Shown here piece after piece: positions 9,221 to 19,859 of a stretch of 64,000 nt of DNA. A program made the position numbers and the translations under genes. The DNA lies in the IMG/VR virus record IMGVR_UViG_3300033066_001573; one strand, written 5' to 3'. Under the pieces are notes generated by a model that saw only the letters and a program-made list of their open reading frames with translations, was not told where the DNA came from and did not search any database. How positions within the stretch are numbered: the first letter of the stretch is position 1; every line of letters begins with the position of its first letter. This stretch comes from an uncultured virus (IMG/VR IMGVR_UViG_3300033066_001573). Taxonomy: Duplodnaviria; Heunggongvirae; Uroviricota; Caudoviricetes.

Positions 9221-12028
9221 TTATTTTATTTTTTTATAATATGGTTTAAGGAAACATCTACGAACATTATATCCGACAACTTCTTCTTCTGATTTAAGTT
9301 CTCTACCTAAATAAGTTTCTAAATCTTCTTCACTAATTTCTTTTCCTGAAGAAAGAGAACTACGTAATGAACGTTCAAGTGACTTTAATTCAGAACCACT
9401 AATAGTTCCACCTTCTTCAAACTCTTCAACTTCAATAATGTTAAATCCTTTTTTAGCAGCTAAACTTTTTAATTTATTTTGAATAGTTGATGTTGTTTGA
9501 GAATACTTTTTTGAAGTGATTTTAACATCCATTCCTTTACGAGTAGCAATTAATGTATAGTAATTTCTTAAAAGAACTTCTTTATCATGTTCATTATAAT
9601 GAGTAGATAAATTCTTCACGCTAACTTGTTCATTAGACTCAAGGAACGATTCAAGTACATCTTCATTTTTAGTAACTCTTCCTCCTTTAGCCATTTTTTT
9701 AGACTTACTTACTCTATCAAAAATAACATATCCATCTTCAAGCATTGTATCAATGAATGAATCAATCATATATCTTTCGAAGAAATATACTTCAGAATCA
9801 TCATGACCTTCATCAGTTAAATCTCCATTATCATCATAATAGAATCCATCAGTAATAGCAGGAGCTTCAGTTAATCCAAAACCTTGTGCGCCAATATCAT
9901 CAAAATACATAAGTTCAGAATTCCCTCTTATATCATCAAATAATTCTGACATGATATAATCATCATTTCTGTCATCATCACGCATTTCTAAAACTTCTGC
10001 TCTTCCATCTTCATCTAATGTAATTTTCAAATTACCATTAGGTGTAATATCAAGGCTAATGTATCTTCCTGAATGTAAATGTTTAGACAAATCTAATTTA
10101 CCACCTTCTTTAAGAATAGGAGTTTTAGTTGTTCTAACTTCAAACCAACCTTCTTGTTTCTTTAGTAATTCAGCGTTATTAGATATAGCATCATTCATTT
10201 CTTTAGTGTCTTTACCACTCATAGTCAATGATGATTTTTTGAAAACTCTACTTGTTGGAGTTGCTTTATATTCAATTCCAAAAATATATCTTTCTTTACC
10301 AACTGACCCACCTGATTCAAATTTATTTTGAAGAGCATCCATAATCATTTTCATGGTTTCTCTCTTACCTACATAATTTTTACCAAGACTTACATGAAGA
10401 CCATCTTTCTTAAAGATTTGAACATCACATTCTTTAACTCCAACGAAAACTTTAAGTTGAACTTCGTGTCCATTAATATTTCCTCCTAAGAAATGCCATT
10501 TATTTGTTTGTTTAAATGCATCTTTAAGCTTTTGTTCAAAATCTTCAATCTCTCCACCATCTGCCATTTTTTTAGAAGAAAGAAGAGCATCGTAATCAAC
10601 AATATCAGTATATCTTAAAACATCAATATTTTCTTTGAGTGTCTTTTTATAGTTCTCAGCAAACTTCTCAATAGCTTTTAATACAGCACCTTCTTCTTTA
10701 TTAGGAGTTCTAAAAGGAATCTTAACTGATTTCATAGCTAAGTATTTTTCCTTTGGGTCATCCAAATTTGGATTTCTGTAAATAGCTTGTCCACCATTAC
10801 CTCCAAATATTTGAGGATGTAATTCAAGTGAAGATAAATCTAAAGTCAAACTAACTGCTTGAGGGTATTGACCACGTACATTATTAATAGCATAATCAGA
10901 AGCAGCAATAAGAATACCTAAGTTTTTACCTTCTCCAAAATAGTTTTTATAAGTCCAAACTCTACGATAAAAATTAGGAACTACTTTTTCTAAAATAGCT
11001 TCAATTTTTGATTTTAAGTCATGTTCTTTTTCAGTAAGTTCTCCACCATCAGCAAATGTTCTTAATGTTTCTGCCAAATGCGCACGTTTAGATGTTTTAC
11101 CACCCATTTTTTCAAGCTTATGTAAATCAGTCATAGAAAGATTTTCATCTTCATTACGAAGTAAACCTTTACGCATTGCAGTTCTTCTTAAAGCACCTTT
11201 ATTTTTTCCACCTGATAATGCTCTTTGAATCCATTTTTTTGATTTTATATTTCCACCTTTAGCGTAATCCTTAAAATAATCAAATAAGTAAAGAGATTGT
11301 TTTATTGCATTTGGTAAATCAGAATAAATTGTTGTAGCCCACTTATCAATATCAATTGTAGTATTTTTACTTTCTTTACGATACTCTCTTTTTATAAAAG
11401 GCTTATGTTCATTTAAAAAATTAATTCTTTGGTTTAAACTTAAACTTTCCCATATTTCTTCCCTTGTTTTACCTTTAACATCGCCACCTTTTTTGAAAAC
11501 ACCTAATTGATGAATCATTCCATCATCTCCAACTTCAAGGTCAACACTTTTCATTTCACGAGCAGCGTTTTCTAATTTTTCTTCAACATCTTTATCGTAA
11601 CCTCTATCAAAGAATCCTGCACCATGACCATTACGAGTAAGCCATAAATCATGACCTAGTTGCTCATCAGTTGAACCACTTGCTTCAATAGCATCGTAGT
11701 TATCTTCAATGAACATTTTAACGTCCTTGTACATTCTTTCTCTTGTAGCAGGAGCAATATCAGAAACAGAGTAATTAGCATCTAATGGCTCATCAGTATC
11801 CATATCAGTAGAAGACCATAAGGCAGCAATCATGTAGTTATCTAAAACTTCATTTATTCTATCTTCAGAAATTTCTCCGCCTTTACCAAATCTCTTTGTT
11901 CTGTTAACATCAGAACGGTTTTCACGATATTCATAATAAGTATTTCCATCAGTGGAAACACGTTTCCCACTATGTTTAGCTTTGATTTTTTTATCTCTTG
12001 AAATTGCTAATTTTGTTCTTCTGTTCAT
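9221..12028 (-). CDS. Large modular polyprotein-like protein (935 aa) with nine xxGG linkers
   Basis: FGKGG, FKKGG, YAKGG, FADGG, MADGG, FESGG, LKEGG, MAKGG and FEEGG separate unrelated modules, including a GHDLWLTRNGHGAGFFDR phage module. Confidence 0.8.
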   Translation of the reverse strand: MNRRTKLAISRDKKIKAKHSGKRVSTDGNTYYEYRENRSDVNRTKRFGKGGEISEDRINEVLDNYMIAALWSSTDMDTDEPLDANYSVSDIAPATRERMYKDVKMFIEDNYDAIEASGSTDEQLGHDLWLTRNGHGAGFFDRGYDKDVEEKLENAAREMKSVDLEVGDDGMIHQLGVFKKGGDVKGKTREEIWESLSLNQRINFLNEHKPFIKREYRKESKNTTIDIDKWATTIYSDLPNAIKQSLYLFDYFKDYAKGGNIKSKKWIQRALSGGKNKGALRRTAMRKGLLRNEDENLSMTDLHKLEKMGGKTSKRAHLAETLRTFADGGELTEKEHDLKSKIEAILEKVVPNFYRRVWTYKNYFGEGKNLGILIAASDYAINNVRGQYPQAVSLTLDLSSLELHPQIFGGNGGQAIYRNPNLDDPKEKYLAMKSVKIPFRTPNKEEGAVLKAIEKFAENYKKTLKENIDVLRYTDIVDYDALLSSKKMADGGEIEDFEQKLKDAFKQTNKWHFLGGNINGHEVQLKVFVGVKECDVQIFKKDGLHVSLGKNYVGKRETMKMIMDALQNKFESGGSVGKERYIFGIEYKATPTSRVFKKSSLTMSGKDTKEMNDAISNNAELLKKQEGWFEVRTTKTPILKEGGKLDLSKHLHSGRYISLDITPNGNLKITLDEDGRAEVLEMRDDDRNDDYIMSELFDDIRGNSELMYFDDIGAQGFGLTEAPAITDGFYYDDNGDLTDEGHDDSEVYFFERYMIDSFIDTMLEDGYVIFDRVSKSKKMAKGGRVTKNEDVLESFLESNEQVSVKNLSTHYNEHDKEVLLRNYYTLIATRKGMDVKITSKKYSQTTSTIQNKLKSLAAKKGFNIIEVEEFEEGGTISGSELKSLERSLRSSLSSGKEISEEDLETYLGRELKSEEEVVGYNVRRCFLKPYYKKIK

Positions 12029-12048
12029 CTTGAATGTCTTTTTATTTA

Positions 12049-12558
12049 TTATATAGCAACGTTTAAACCTACTGATGGCATTTTATATTTCACTCCATTA
12101 GTACCTAAGAAATAAACCATTTTTGTTCCTTTGCTATCTTGCGTAACTACTGCAATATTTCCTAACAATTTATTTTTAATTGCTTTACCTGCTTCTTTAC
12201 CTTCTAAGTTATAGAACTTTAGTCCATCAATTACAGAGTAAATCTTTTTACCATTTGCTGATTTAAGACCACCTGCTAAAACATCATCTAATTTAACTAT
12301 AACAGATTCTTTATTGGATTCTACATTTGGTTTATACGCAACTCCTAAATTAGAAGGATTTAATGGCTTCACATTAGAGGTAGAACTTGTTTCAGTTTGA
12401 CTTCCAATATCAGTATTACCTTCCTTATTATTATCTCCTTCGTTAGAAGCGTCACCACTATCAGGTTTATTTTTTTTGTGAGAATAAATAGCAATACCGA
12501 ATGCAATAGCTAATAAGCTTCCGCCTATCAATAATATTTTTTTAGTTTGAGGTGTCAT
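12049..12558 (-). CDS. N-anchored membrane protein
   Basis: N-terminal TM, low-complexity linker, small beta domain. Confidence 0.7.
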   Translation of the reverse strand: MTPQTKKILLIGGSLLAIAFGIAIYSHKKNKPDSGDASNEGDNNKEGNTDIGSQTETSSTSNVKPLNPSNLGVAYKPNVESNKESVIVKLDDVLAGGLKSANGKKIYSVIDGLKFYNLEGKEAGKAIKNKLLGNIAVVTQDSKGTKMVYFLGTNGVKYKMPSVGLNVAI

Positions 12559-12618
12559 TTTGATATTAAAATTAAAACATTTGTAAAATTAGTGATTATT
12601 AAGCTTTTATTTTAAAGA

Positions 12619-12653
12619 ATATCTGTAACACATTTTTAGTATGTTACAGATAT
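12619..12653. promoter_or_regulatory. 12-bp perfect inverted repeat (operator or terminator)
   Basis: ATATCTGTAACA-N11-TGTTACAGATAT. Confidence 0.55.
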
Positions 12654-12658
12654 TTTTT

Positions 12659-15600
12659 TTAGTATGCTCTTTTATTTTTACTAGGCTTATCCGAGTGGTC
12701 ACGACGAAGTTCTTTGTATATTCTACGACGAGCAGATTTATCACCTTCCTCATAAGCTTGAATGTCTTTTTGAGTTACAGGTTTGTAATATTCTTTATCC
12801 GTTTTTTCAATAGTACGAAGTCTTCCTGTTTTCTTATCTACAATCTTACGATAGCGGTATCCAACAGGTCTTGCACGTACTGACGTGTCTCTACCACCAT
12901 AAGGAATATCCCTTTCATATTGTGCGCCACGTTGTTTTATAGCTCCACCTTTTTTTAATAAATCAAAATCGTGGTATTTATCTGCTAAAAATAAGTTGCC
13001 TTCAATTTCAAAAAGTGTCTTTCCATCTTTAGTTTCAGCAGTATCAACAACATCATTCCAAGCATCCCAATAACCTTCATTTTCAGGGTCACTAAGTTCT
13101 GTATAATCTTCTTTATTCAATCCAAATTCTTTGAAATCATATCTTTCATAGAATGTTTGAGGTACATAAATACCACGATTAGCATCTATTAATAATTCAG
13201 GCTCATTTACCCCTCCACCTTTAGCGTAATCTTCTACATTAGCGTATTTCGATTCAATTTTAATTTTTACATTTTTAGGTAAAAAATTAAATGTTTTTCC
13301 AACTAATGTTTGTTGAGTTCTTGGTGTTATTTCAGGTGTAAAGTTTTCATGTAAAAAATTTATTTTGTCTGAACTACTTAATTTCCCCCAAACTAATTCA
13401 CCTTTACTTACATGACCTCCTCTAGCAAATTCTTCTTCATCAGAATTTTCATCAATAGCTTCTTGATATTTTTTATTTAAAGTAATACCATGTTTTTTAG
13501 CAATATTAGGATAGTGCATTAAATCACCATTACCCTCTGCAAAATCAATATAACCTTCTGTAATGTCAACTATTTCAGATTCTTCAGTAGGAATTACATC
13601 TCCACCATATCCTCTGTATAAAACATCATATTCAAATGTTTCGTACTCTTCATTTTCTTTACCTTCAGAAATAACTAAACCTACTAATCCTCTGCTTCCT
13701 AAAGTTCTATTAAAAACTAAATCTCCTACTTTGAATTTATGTCCAATCCCACCACCATTTTTCATTTGATTTAATTTACTAAAATCAAATTTATTATAAT
13801 TATCTCCGTTTTCTTCAACCATTATACTACGTAAATAATCTAATTGATTTTCAGTAAAATATTCATGCTGATACTCTCCGTAATAAATTTTTTCTCCATT
13901 TTCAAGCTCTACTCCTTTTACCCTTGCATTAGTCCATAATAAATTACCTTTTACAATAATTAAATTATTACCTAAATCACTTCCTACATTTAAAGTTTTC
14001 GCTACACTAACAGCATCATAAAACCCTTTATTTTGAGTCGTACCTGCCTTTGCTTTGTTATATGCTATTATTGCATAGTTAGAATTATCAGAAGAATCAA
14101 CCCCACCACCATTAGACATTTTTTTAGCTTTCTTTTCTTTGCTTCTTTCGAATTCATCAACAATTTCTTCTACGAAGTCATCACCTTTCCACCCTCCAAA
14201 TGTTTTGAATGTCGTAGTTAATACTTCAACAGGTGAACCTAATTTAATTTTCTTTTTAGAACCATCATCATAAAGTTCATAGTAATTAACATCAGAATCT
14301 TGCTGTGCATCAAATGTAACTGAAGTGCCATCTTTAAATTCAAGATTAACTGAGTGTTTACCATCAATTACTTCTTCATAAAACTTCATTAAAACATCTT
14401 CTTTAGATTCTCCCTCTAAGAATATTGGGTCTCCGTAGTTACCACGAACATCACCGCCCATGTGAGGATGAGCTATCAAAACAAAACGTTCATCGTATAT
14501 GCTGTAAATTCTAAAGTTCCAATCAAATAATCCAAGATAACTTGAGTTATAAGTATTATCAGAAGCTACTTGTTCAAACTCTTCTCCTTCAGGACTTTGT
14601 AATCCCCATCCACTATCGTCTACTTTCAATGAAGTTGCTTTTTCAAATTCTTCAGTAGAACCATACATAGCGGATTTTCTTACTTTATCAAGAAACTCTT
14701 TTTCTGATTTTTTATCATTAGAATCAAAGCTTCCGTGATTATAAGAATTCCAATAATTAACAGCAGATTTTAAATTAGGAACAATGTTTTCTTTAATCCA
14801 TTCTCGTCTTTCAGCATAAGACATGTCCTTAACTTCTGTATCAGGACTACTTTTTTGTTTTTCATTAGGCACATCATATCTCTTAACAAAAGTTATTTTT
14901 TTATCTTTAACTAATTGCTGAGCTTCTTGTGGAGATAACTTTTTAACCAAATTCTTTTTGCTATCATAAAGATTATAATAATCAACTTCATGTTCTGAAG
15001 GCGTTAAAACAGAAACAACATATCCATCTTTTAGCTTGCCTCCATCTAATGCATATTTAACTTTAAATGTAGCCTTATATTCTCCAATAGTAACAGAACC
15101 ACCTTTTGCAAACTTACGAGAAAAACGAACAGGTTCTTTATCTGAATGGTCTGCTCTTACCTCAAAACCAAGCATTTTACGAGCTGTTACATCTCCATCT
15201 TTATAAGCTTTAATTTCTTTTTGAGTTGGAGTAGCATAATACTTTTTATCCTCTTTTGTAACTACACGCAATTTTCCTGTCTTAGGGTCACGTATTCTTT
15301 CATAACGGAATCCAACAGGTTTAGCTTTATGCTTTCTATCTCCTGAGCCATATCCATCAATTTTATATTGTGCGCCTTTTTGTTTTACAGAACCTCCTTT
15401 AGCTAATTTTATTGGAGAAACACTACCATTAACTTTTTTAGCAAAATCATCTGCTGATTCTTTTTCGTTTTCTTCAAAAACTCTTTCTCTCATTTGACCT
15501 TCTTCACTTACATAAAAAACTATGTATTTTGTTTTCTTCAAGTTACCGCCTTTTTTAAAGTTCGAACGCATTACTAAGTTCATAGGTATATTATAACCTT

Positions 15601-16594
15601 CAGTGTCAATAACAGGCTCAGATGGTAAATTTCCGTCTTCATCAGGCTCACCATTTTCATCCTCTATATATTCAATGTCTAACCAATCAGAAGTTTCAGG
15701 ATTTTCGCTTCCAAAGGCATCACGAACTCGTGCAGCTTCTCCATCATCACTCAACATAATTTCATATCCACCTGAATTTGAAACTGTGTAATGACCGTGA
15801 ACAATAAATTCATCTTCAACATCACCACCTTTAGCATAGGTTTTATTTGAATATAAAACATACTGAGTAGTATTTCCATATCGTTCTAATAATCCACTAC
15901 CATCAAATTCATTTCTTTTTATATCATTTAAGGTATTGAAATAAGGACTTACAACTTGTATTCTATTATCTGAATATGTTTTAGAAGCAGTTACCCCATC
16001 ATAAGTTTTATTTATATGGTCAATTTTATCTTGTAAAATACTAACTCCATCACCATTAGCATATTCTCCTTTGGCATGTTTTAATGAATCAGGAGACCAA
16101 CTATAATCATTTTCTTCTGTTTCAATATTTCCGTTTTTATTTACTCTTAATACAGTTTCTATTTTACCCTCTCTTGTTAATACTTTATCTCCTTTACGGA
16201 ATTTTTTACTACCAACTCTTCCACCATTAGCGTACTCTCTTACGTTTTCATTTATGTAATCTACTACTTCATCAAACATACCTTCTTGCATATTTGCATA
16301 ACGGAAGAATTGTCTTTTTTGAGACTCATCCATATCGTTATAAAGTTTTTTTACTTGAGTTATATTTCCGTTGATTAAACTATCATTGATGTAATCAAAA
16401 TATTCTTCAATAGAAGTAAAATCTAGTGGAGTCCAAAGGTCTCCGCCTTTACGGAACTTTTTTGTTCTATTGGCATCAGACCTATTTTCTCTGTACTCAT
16501 AATAAATATTACCATCAGCAGAAATACGCTTCCCACCATGTAAAGATTTTAATTTTTTATCTCTTGCAATTGCTAATTTAGTTCTTCTGTTCAT
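12659..16594 (-). CDS. Large modular polyprotein-like protein with about 12 xxGG linkers (start corrected to MNRRTK)
   Basis: N-terminus nearly identical to 9221..12028; linkers FRKGG, YANGG, YAKGG x2, FKKGG, LAKGG, FAKGG, MSNGG, MKNGG, FARGG, LKKGG. Confidence 0.8.
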   Translation of the reverse strand: MNRRTKLAIARDKKLKSLHGGKRISADGNIYYEYRENRSDANRTKKFRKGGDLWTPLDFTSIEEYFDYINDSLINGNITQVKKLYNDMDESQKRQFFRYANMQEGMFDEVVDYINENVREYANGGRVGSKKFRKGDKVLTREGKIETVLRVNKNGNIETEENDYSWSPDSLKHAKGEYANGDGVSILQDKIDHINKTYDGVTASKTYSDNRIQVVSPYFNTLNDIKRNEFDGSGLLERYGNTTQYVLYSNKTYAKGGDVEDEFIVHGHYTVSNSGGYEIMLSDDGEAARVRDAFGSENPETSDWLDIEYIEDENGEPDEDGNLPSEPVIDTEGYNIPMNLVMRSNFKKGGNLKKTKYIVFYVSEEGQMRERVFEENEKESADDFAKKVNGSVSPIKLAKGGSVKQKGAQYKIDGYGSGDRKHKAKPVGFRYERIRDPKTGKLRVVTKEDKKYYATPTQKEIKAYKDGDVTARKMLGFEVRADHSDKEPVRFSRKFAKGGSVTIGEYKATFKVKYALDGGKLKDGYVVSVLTPSEHEVDYYNLYDSKKNLVKKLSPQEAQQLVKDKKITFVKRYDVPNEKQKSSPDTEVKDMSYAERREWIKENIVPNLKSAVNYWNSYNHGSFDSNDKKSEKEFLDKVRKSAMYGSTEEFEKATSLKVDDSGWGLQSPEGEEFEQVASDNTYNSSYLGLFDWNFRIYSIYDERFVLIAHPHMGGDVRGNYGDPIFLEGESKEDVLMKFYEEVIDGKHSVNLEFKDGTSVTFDAQQDSDVNYYELYDDGSKKKIKLGSPVEVLTTTFKTFGGWKGDDFVEEIVDEFERSKEKKAKKMSNGGGVDSSDNSNYAIIAYNKAKAGTTQNKGFYDAVSVAKTLNVGSDLGNNLIIVKGNLLWTNARVKGVELENGEKIYYGEYQHEYFTENQLDYLRSIMVEENGDNYNKFDFSKLNQMKNGGGIGHKFKVGDLVFNRTLGSRGLVGLVISEGKENEEYETFEYDVLYRGYGGDVIPTEESEIVDITEGYIDFAEGNGDLMHYPNIAKKHGITLNKKYQEAIDENSDEEEFARGGHVSKGELVWGKLSSSDKINFLHENFTPEITPRTQQTLVGKTFNFLPKNVKIKIESKYANVEDYAKGGGVNEPELLIDANRGIYVPQTFYERYDFKEFGLNKEDYTELSDPENEGYWDAWNDVVDTAETKDGKTLFEIEGNLFLADKYHDFDLLKKGGAIKQRGAQYERDIPYGGRDTSVRARPVGYRYRKIVDKKTGRLRTIEKTDKEYYKPVTQKDIQAYEEGDKSARRRIYKELRRDHSDKPSKNKRAY

Positions 16595-16626
16595 ATTGAA
16601 GTTTTTTTTAATGTTTTTATTTTTTT

Positions 16627-17667
16627 TTAATACCAAGATTTTGATTTATCAAGACTATGCTCTAAATATGCCCATCTGCTATCCCCCGCCCTATTTATCG
16701 CACCATCCATATAGAACCCAATGAGCATACTTTGAGCGTTTAATTGGTCTTGTAACTCTTTCGATTTAAGGAACGCTTCTGCCTCATTCATTTCAGCATA
16801 ACCTTCTTCAAGGTTTTTTAAATTCAATGGAATACCTAGTCCGTATGATACCAAGTCAGTATAACCAACTTTATCAGGTTCTATGCCTGCTGAATCAGCA
16901 CACGACTCAATATGTGCCTTATCAATAAATTCAATAGAAGGGTAAATATTCAATGAAATGATAAATGGTTTTTCTTCAAACCTATCATCTCCTGTTGCTT
17001 CATAAAAGTTTTCTATTGTAGCTACAAGTACAAGTGGAATTTCTTTTTCATCATCTCCAACTATTACATGACCAAAATCTCTTGTGAAATACATTTGGTC
17101 TCCATAGTCTGCGATTTCAACAAACTCGTTTTCTTTTGACATATTTTTATTTTTTGAATTATCTTTTAAATCTCCGCCTTTTTTGAATTCTTTTTTATCA
17201 ATCATTTTTAAAGCTTCTTCTACTGCTTTTTCAATTGCATTGTTTAGAGCCTCTATTTTATCCATTTTATAGCACTCAATATCAAAACCTTTATCAGAAT
17301 AAACATAGTATCTAAATCCGTTGTTTATATGTCTATCCCTTGCTATAATAATTTTATATTCTTTCTCTAACCAATCAATTACTTCATTATATGGTGGTGC
17401 TGAAAAAGCCTCAAAATATTTTACATTATCTAACTTGCAACCAAAACATTCACTCCCTTTTTTAGTAAACACCCATTTAGGTTTATTCCAATTTTCATAA
17501 AATTCATTAACGTCTACAAAGTGTTCATATCCTGAAAAATCACTACCTGATAAATCAACTTCATTAGTAAAAAATTGCTTTCCTATGTAGGCATTTATTG
17601 TTGGCTCGATAAAACCCAACTCTTTCAGCTTCACAGCAATTTCGTATGTAACAAATTGTTCTTGCAT
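16627..17667 (-). CDS. Two-module protein joined by FKKGG
   Basis: N-module FVTYEIAVKLKELGF...SAP..NEVIDWL resembles Bacteroidota phage proteins; acidic C-module. Confidence 0.7.
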   Translation of the reverse strand: MQEQFVTYEIAVKLKELGFIEPTINAYIGKQFFTNEVDLSGSDFSGYEHFVDVNEFYENWNKPKWVFTKKGSECFGCKLDNVKYFEAFSAPPYNEVIDWLEKEYKIIIARDRHINNGFRYYVYSDKGFDIECYKMDKIEALNNAIEKAVEEALKMIDKKEFKKGGDLKDNSKNKNMSKENEFVEIADYGDQMYFTRDFGHVIVGDDEKEIPLVLVATIENFYEATGDDRFEEKPFIISLNIYPSIEFIDKAHIESCADSAGIEPDKVGYTDLVSYGLGIPLNLKNLEEGYAEMNEAEAFLKSKELQDQLNAQSMLIGFYMDGAINRAGDSRWAYLEHSLDKSKSWY

Positions 17668-18062
17668 TACGGATTTTTTTGTTTTAATTTTAATACACTA
17701 ACTAATACCCCTAAAGACTGAGTATCCATAAGTCCCATTGTCTTTTCAATTGGCTCTTCGAATCTGTTTATCCAATTTTTAGCATACGAATCACTTGAAT
17801 CTCTTTGAAAACGATTCTGAATAAACAATTCACTTATGCTTAATTTAGGATTTGTAACAGTTAATGGAACTTCCCTGTAGTAATCAGTTTGTTTTGCCTT
17901 TTCTTCAATTGATTGAATTAAAGCTGCACGAGTAGTGCTATCACCTTCGTTCCAAACCTTTTGAATCCCTTTTTCCCAACGATTCATCCAAGTTTTAAGG
18001 TAACTATCATTTGGGTCTAAACCTCCAAATCTGTTTTCTATAAATATTTCAAATAATGACAT
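17667..18062 (-). CDS. Hypothetical protein with internal duplication (start corrected)
   Basis: SLFEIFIENRF..DSYLKTWMNRW and SISELFIQNRF..DSYAKNWINRF. Confidence 0.7.
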   Translation of the reverse strand: MSLFEIFIENRFGGLDPNDSYLKTWMNRWEKGIQKVWNEGDSTTRAALIQSIEEKAKQTDYYREVPLTVTNPKLSISELFIQNRFQRDSSDSYAKNWINRFEEPIEKTMGLMDTQSLGVLVSVLKLKQKNP

Positions 18063-18161
18063 TTTTTTAAACTTTTTAAATACGTACAATATTAATGATT
18101 TCCAAATTAATAACAATGATTTTTACATACTTTATTGGTAACACTTTTTGTTACTTTTTTT

Positions 18162-18779
18162 TTATTTTTTTCTTCCGTTAAAAATCATTGGTTCTGTACT
18201 CATGAATCTCAATTCTGCTTCTGAAACCTTTGTATCTGTCAAACCTAAAGTTCCTTCTAGTTCTCTAAAAACAACTTGACCTGAAAGCATCTCTATCCTC
18301 TTTATTTGCTTATAGAAAATAAGCATTCTAGTGAGACTATTAGCAGGAAATGTGTATTGACTAAATAATGTATTATCATCTAAAATAAATTCGTTCTTTT
18401 CAAAATCAAGAGAAGCTATATTCGATTGAAATTGGTTAACTGATAAATCCGTATTTGGCAATCTAGGAAACTGACATTGGTTTCCATTTGCATCTCTTTT
18501 TAGAATAGTGAATGGTTGATTAAATTGAGATTGATTCTGAACGATTAATTCCATTCTTCTAAGCATCATAGGATTGTTTTGCACATCCTGAAGTAATGAA
18601 TTGTAGTTGTATGGGCTATAAATGTAAAATCCACTTCCTGATGTTGCAAAATTAGAAACAGTTATAGAATTAAAAATATCAATAGTAACAGGAGAACCTG
18701 TTGGATTAACAAAATCCACCTGAGTATAATCCCACATTGTATCAAGTGGGAAGTTGTTATGTGGATTCTGCAAACTCAC
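18162..18779 (-). CDS. Paralog of the putative capsid domain (possible second/minor capsid protein)
   Basis: YNSLLQDVQNNP...RDANGNQC...LSVNQFQSNI...ILDDNT. Confidence 0.7.
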   Translation of the reverse strand: MSLQNPHNNFPLDTMWDYTQVDFVNPTGSPVTIDIFNSITVSNFATSGSGFYIYSPYNYNSLLQDVQNNPMMLRRMELIVQNQSQFNQPFTILKRDANGNQCQFPRLPNTDLSVNQFQSNIASLDFEKNEFILDDNTLFSQYTFPANSLTRMLIFYKQIKRIEMLSGQVVFRELEGTLGLTDTKVSEAELRFMSTEPMIFNGRKK

Positions 18780-18782
18780 TTA

Positions 18783-19652
18783 TTATGCTGCTTTGGCGTA
18801 TTCCTTTAAATCTCCATCATGAAATTTCTTAATGAAGTCTTTTATAATTAAGTATCTCTTATGATTGCCTTCTGTTGCAGCTCCCTTGAATACAAATAAG
18901 AAAGCTTGATGAGCTTCAATTTCAGAGTAACCTAAAGATAGGTAAATATTTAAGGCATTAATATCTGCTCCCGTTTCATAACCAATAGCATTTCCATCTT
19001 CAGGATTTTTCCACTTATGAGAATACTCATGAAGCAATATAACCATTCGCATAGGAACGGTATATTTTAAGAAGTCTTCTTTGCTTATTTCAACTGTTCC
19101 TGTAGCGTGACCAATGCGGGCAGGAGTATTTAATTTCCTTCCTGTTTTTCTGTCTTTTATTTTATCCCAATAATCGAAAGTAAATTCACCACAATCAGAG
19201 CGATAAACAGAAGGAACTTCCTTCCCATTAACAATTTGAGTTGCCGATAAGTGTGATGCGTTTTCGCAGAAAAACTGAACAAATTTAATGAAGTTTCTAT
19301 CTCTTTCAGAAAGCCAAACAGGTTTTGTTTTTAATGGAACTGCTTCAAATTTTTCAATAGTAAAAGTAGGGTCTTCAGTGCCTTTAAATTTACCATTCTT
19401 TTTATTAAAAATATCAACATTTAATTTAGATGGAACTTGTGGGAATTTCAACTCAAAAGTTCTTTCTCCATTTACTATTCCTTTATGATTAACATAACCT
19501 GTTTTAACAGGCATCATTGTCTGAACACCGTTTATTTTTTGCATACTATCAACCACATCATATGCTTGTAACACAATGCACTCAGGTTTCTTTGTTTTAA
19601 CCTTTACAACAAGTGTAAAAGGAACGTTATATGTTGGGAATGTAAAATACAT
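18783..19652 (-). CDS. Zincin-type metalloprotease
   Basis: VILLHEYSH (HExxH), followed by E..AD..AL. Confidence 0.7.
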   Translation of the reverse strand: MYFTFPTYNVPFTLVVKVKTKKPECIVLQAYDVVDSMQKINGVQTMMPVKTGYVNHKGIVNGERTFELKFPQVPSKLNVDIFNKKNGKFKGTEDPTFTIEKFEAVPLKTKPVWLSERDRNFIKFVQFFCENASHLSATQIVNGKEVPSVYRSDCGEFTFDYWDKIKDRKTGRKLNTPARIGHATGTVEISKEDFLKYTVPMRMVILLHEYSHKWKNPEDGNAIGYETGADINALNIYLSLGYSEIEAHQAFLFVFKGAATEGNHKRYLIIKDFIKKFHDGDLKEYAKAA

Positions 19653-19664
19653 TGAATGTCTTTT

Positions 19665-19850
19665 TTATTTTGTTTTTTCTAATTTAAGCTTTGGAATAAA
19701 AGTAACCCCTATTCCTACAAGACCAATACCTAAAGCCCAATACCTTCTATTAACAGCTTTGTTATTATCTCTAATAAAAAAACTACTAGAAAGTAAAACA
19801 ACAGATGTTGTTTGAAGTAATAAACCTACTAATTTAAATTTGTCTTTCAT
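19665..19850 (-). CDS. Small two-TM membrane protein
   Basis: 61 aa, two hydrophobic segments. Confidence 0.6.
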   Translation of the reverse strand: MKDKFKLVGLLLQTTSVVLLSSSFFIRDNNKAVNRRYWALGIGLVGIGVTFIPKLKLEKTK

Positions 19851-19859
19851 GTTAAATTT

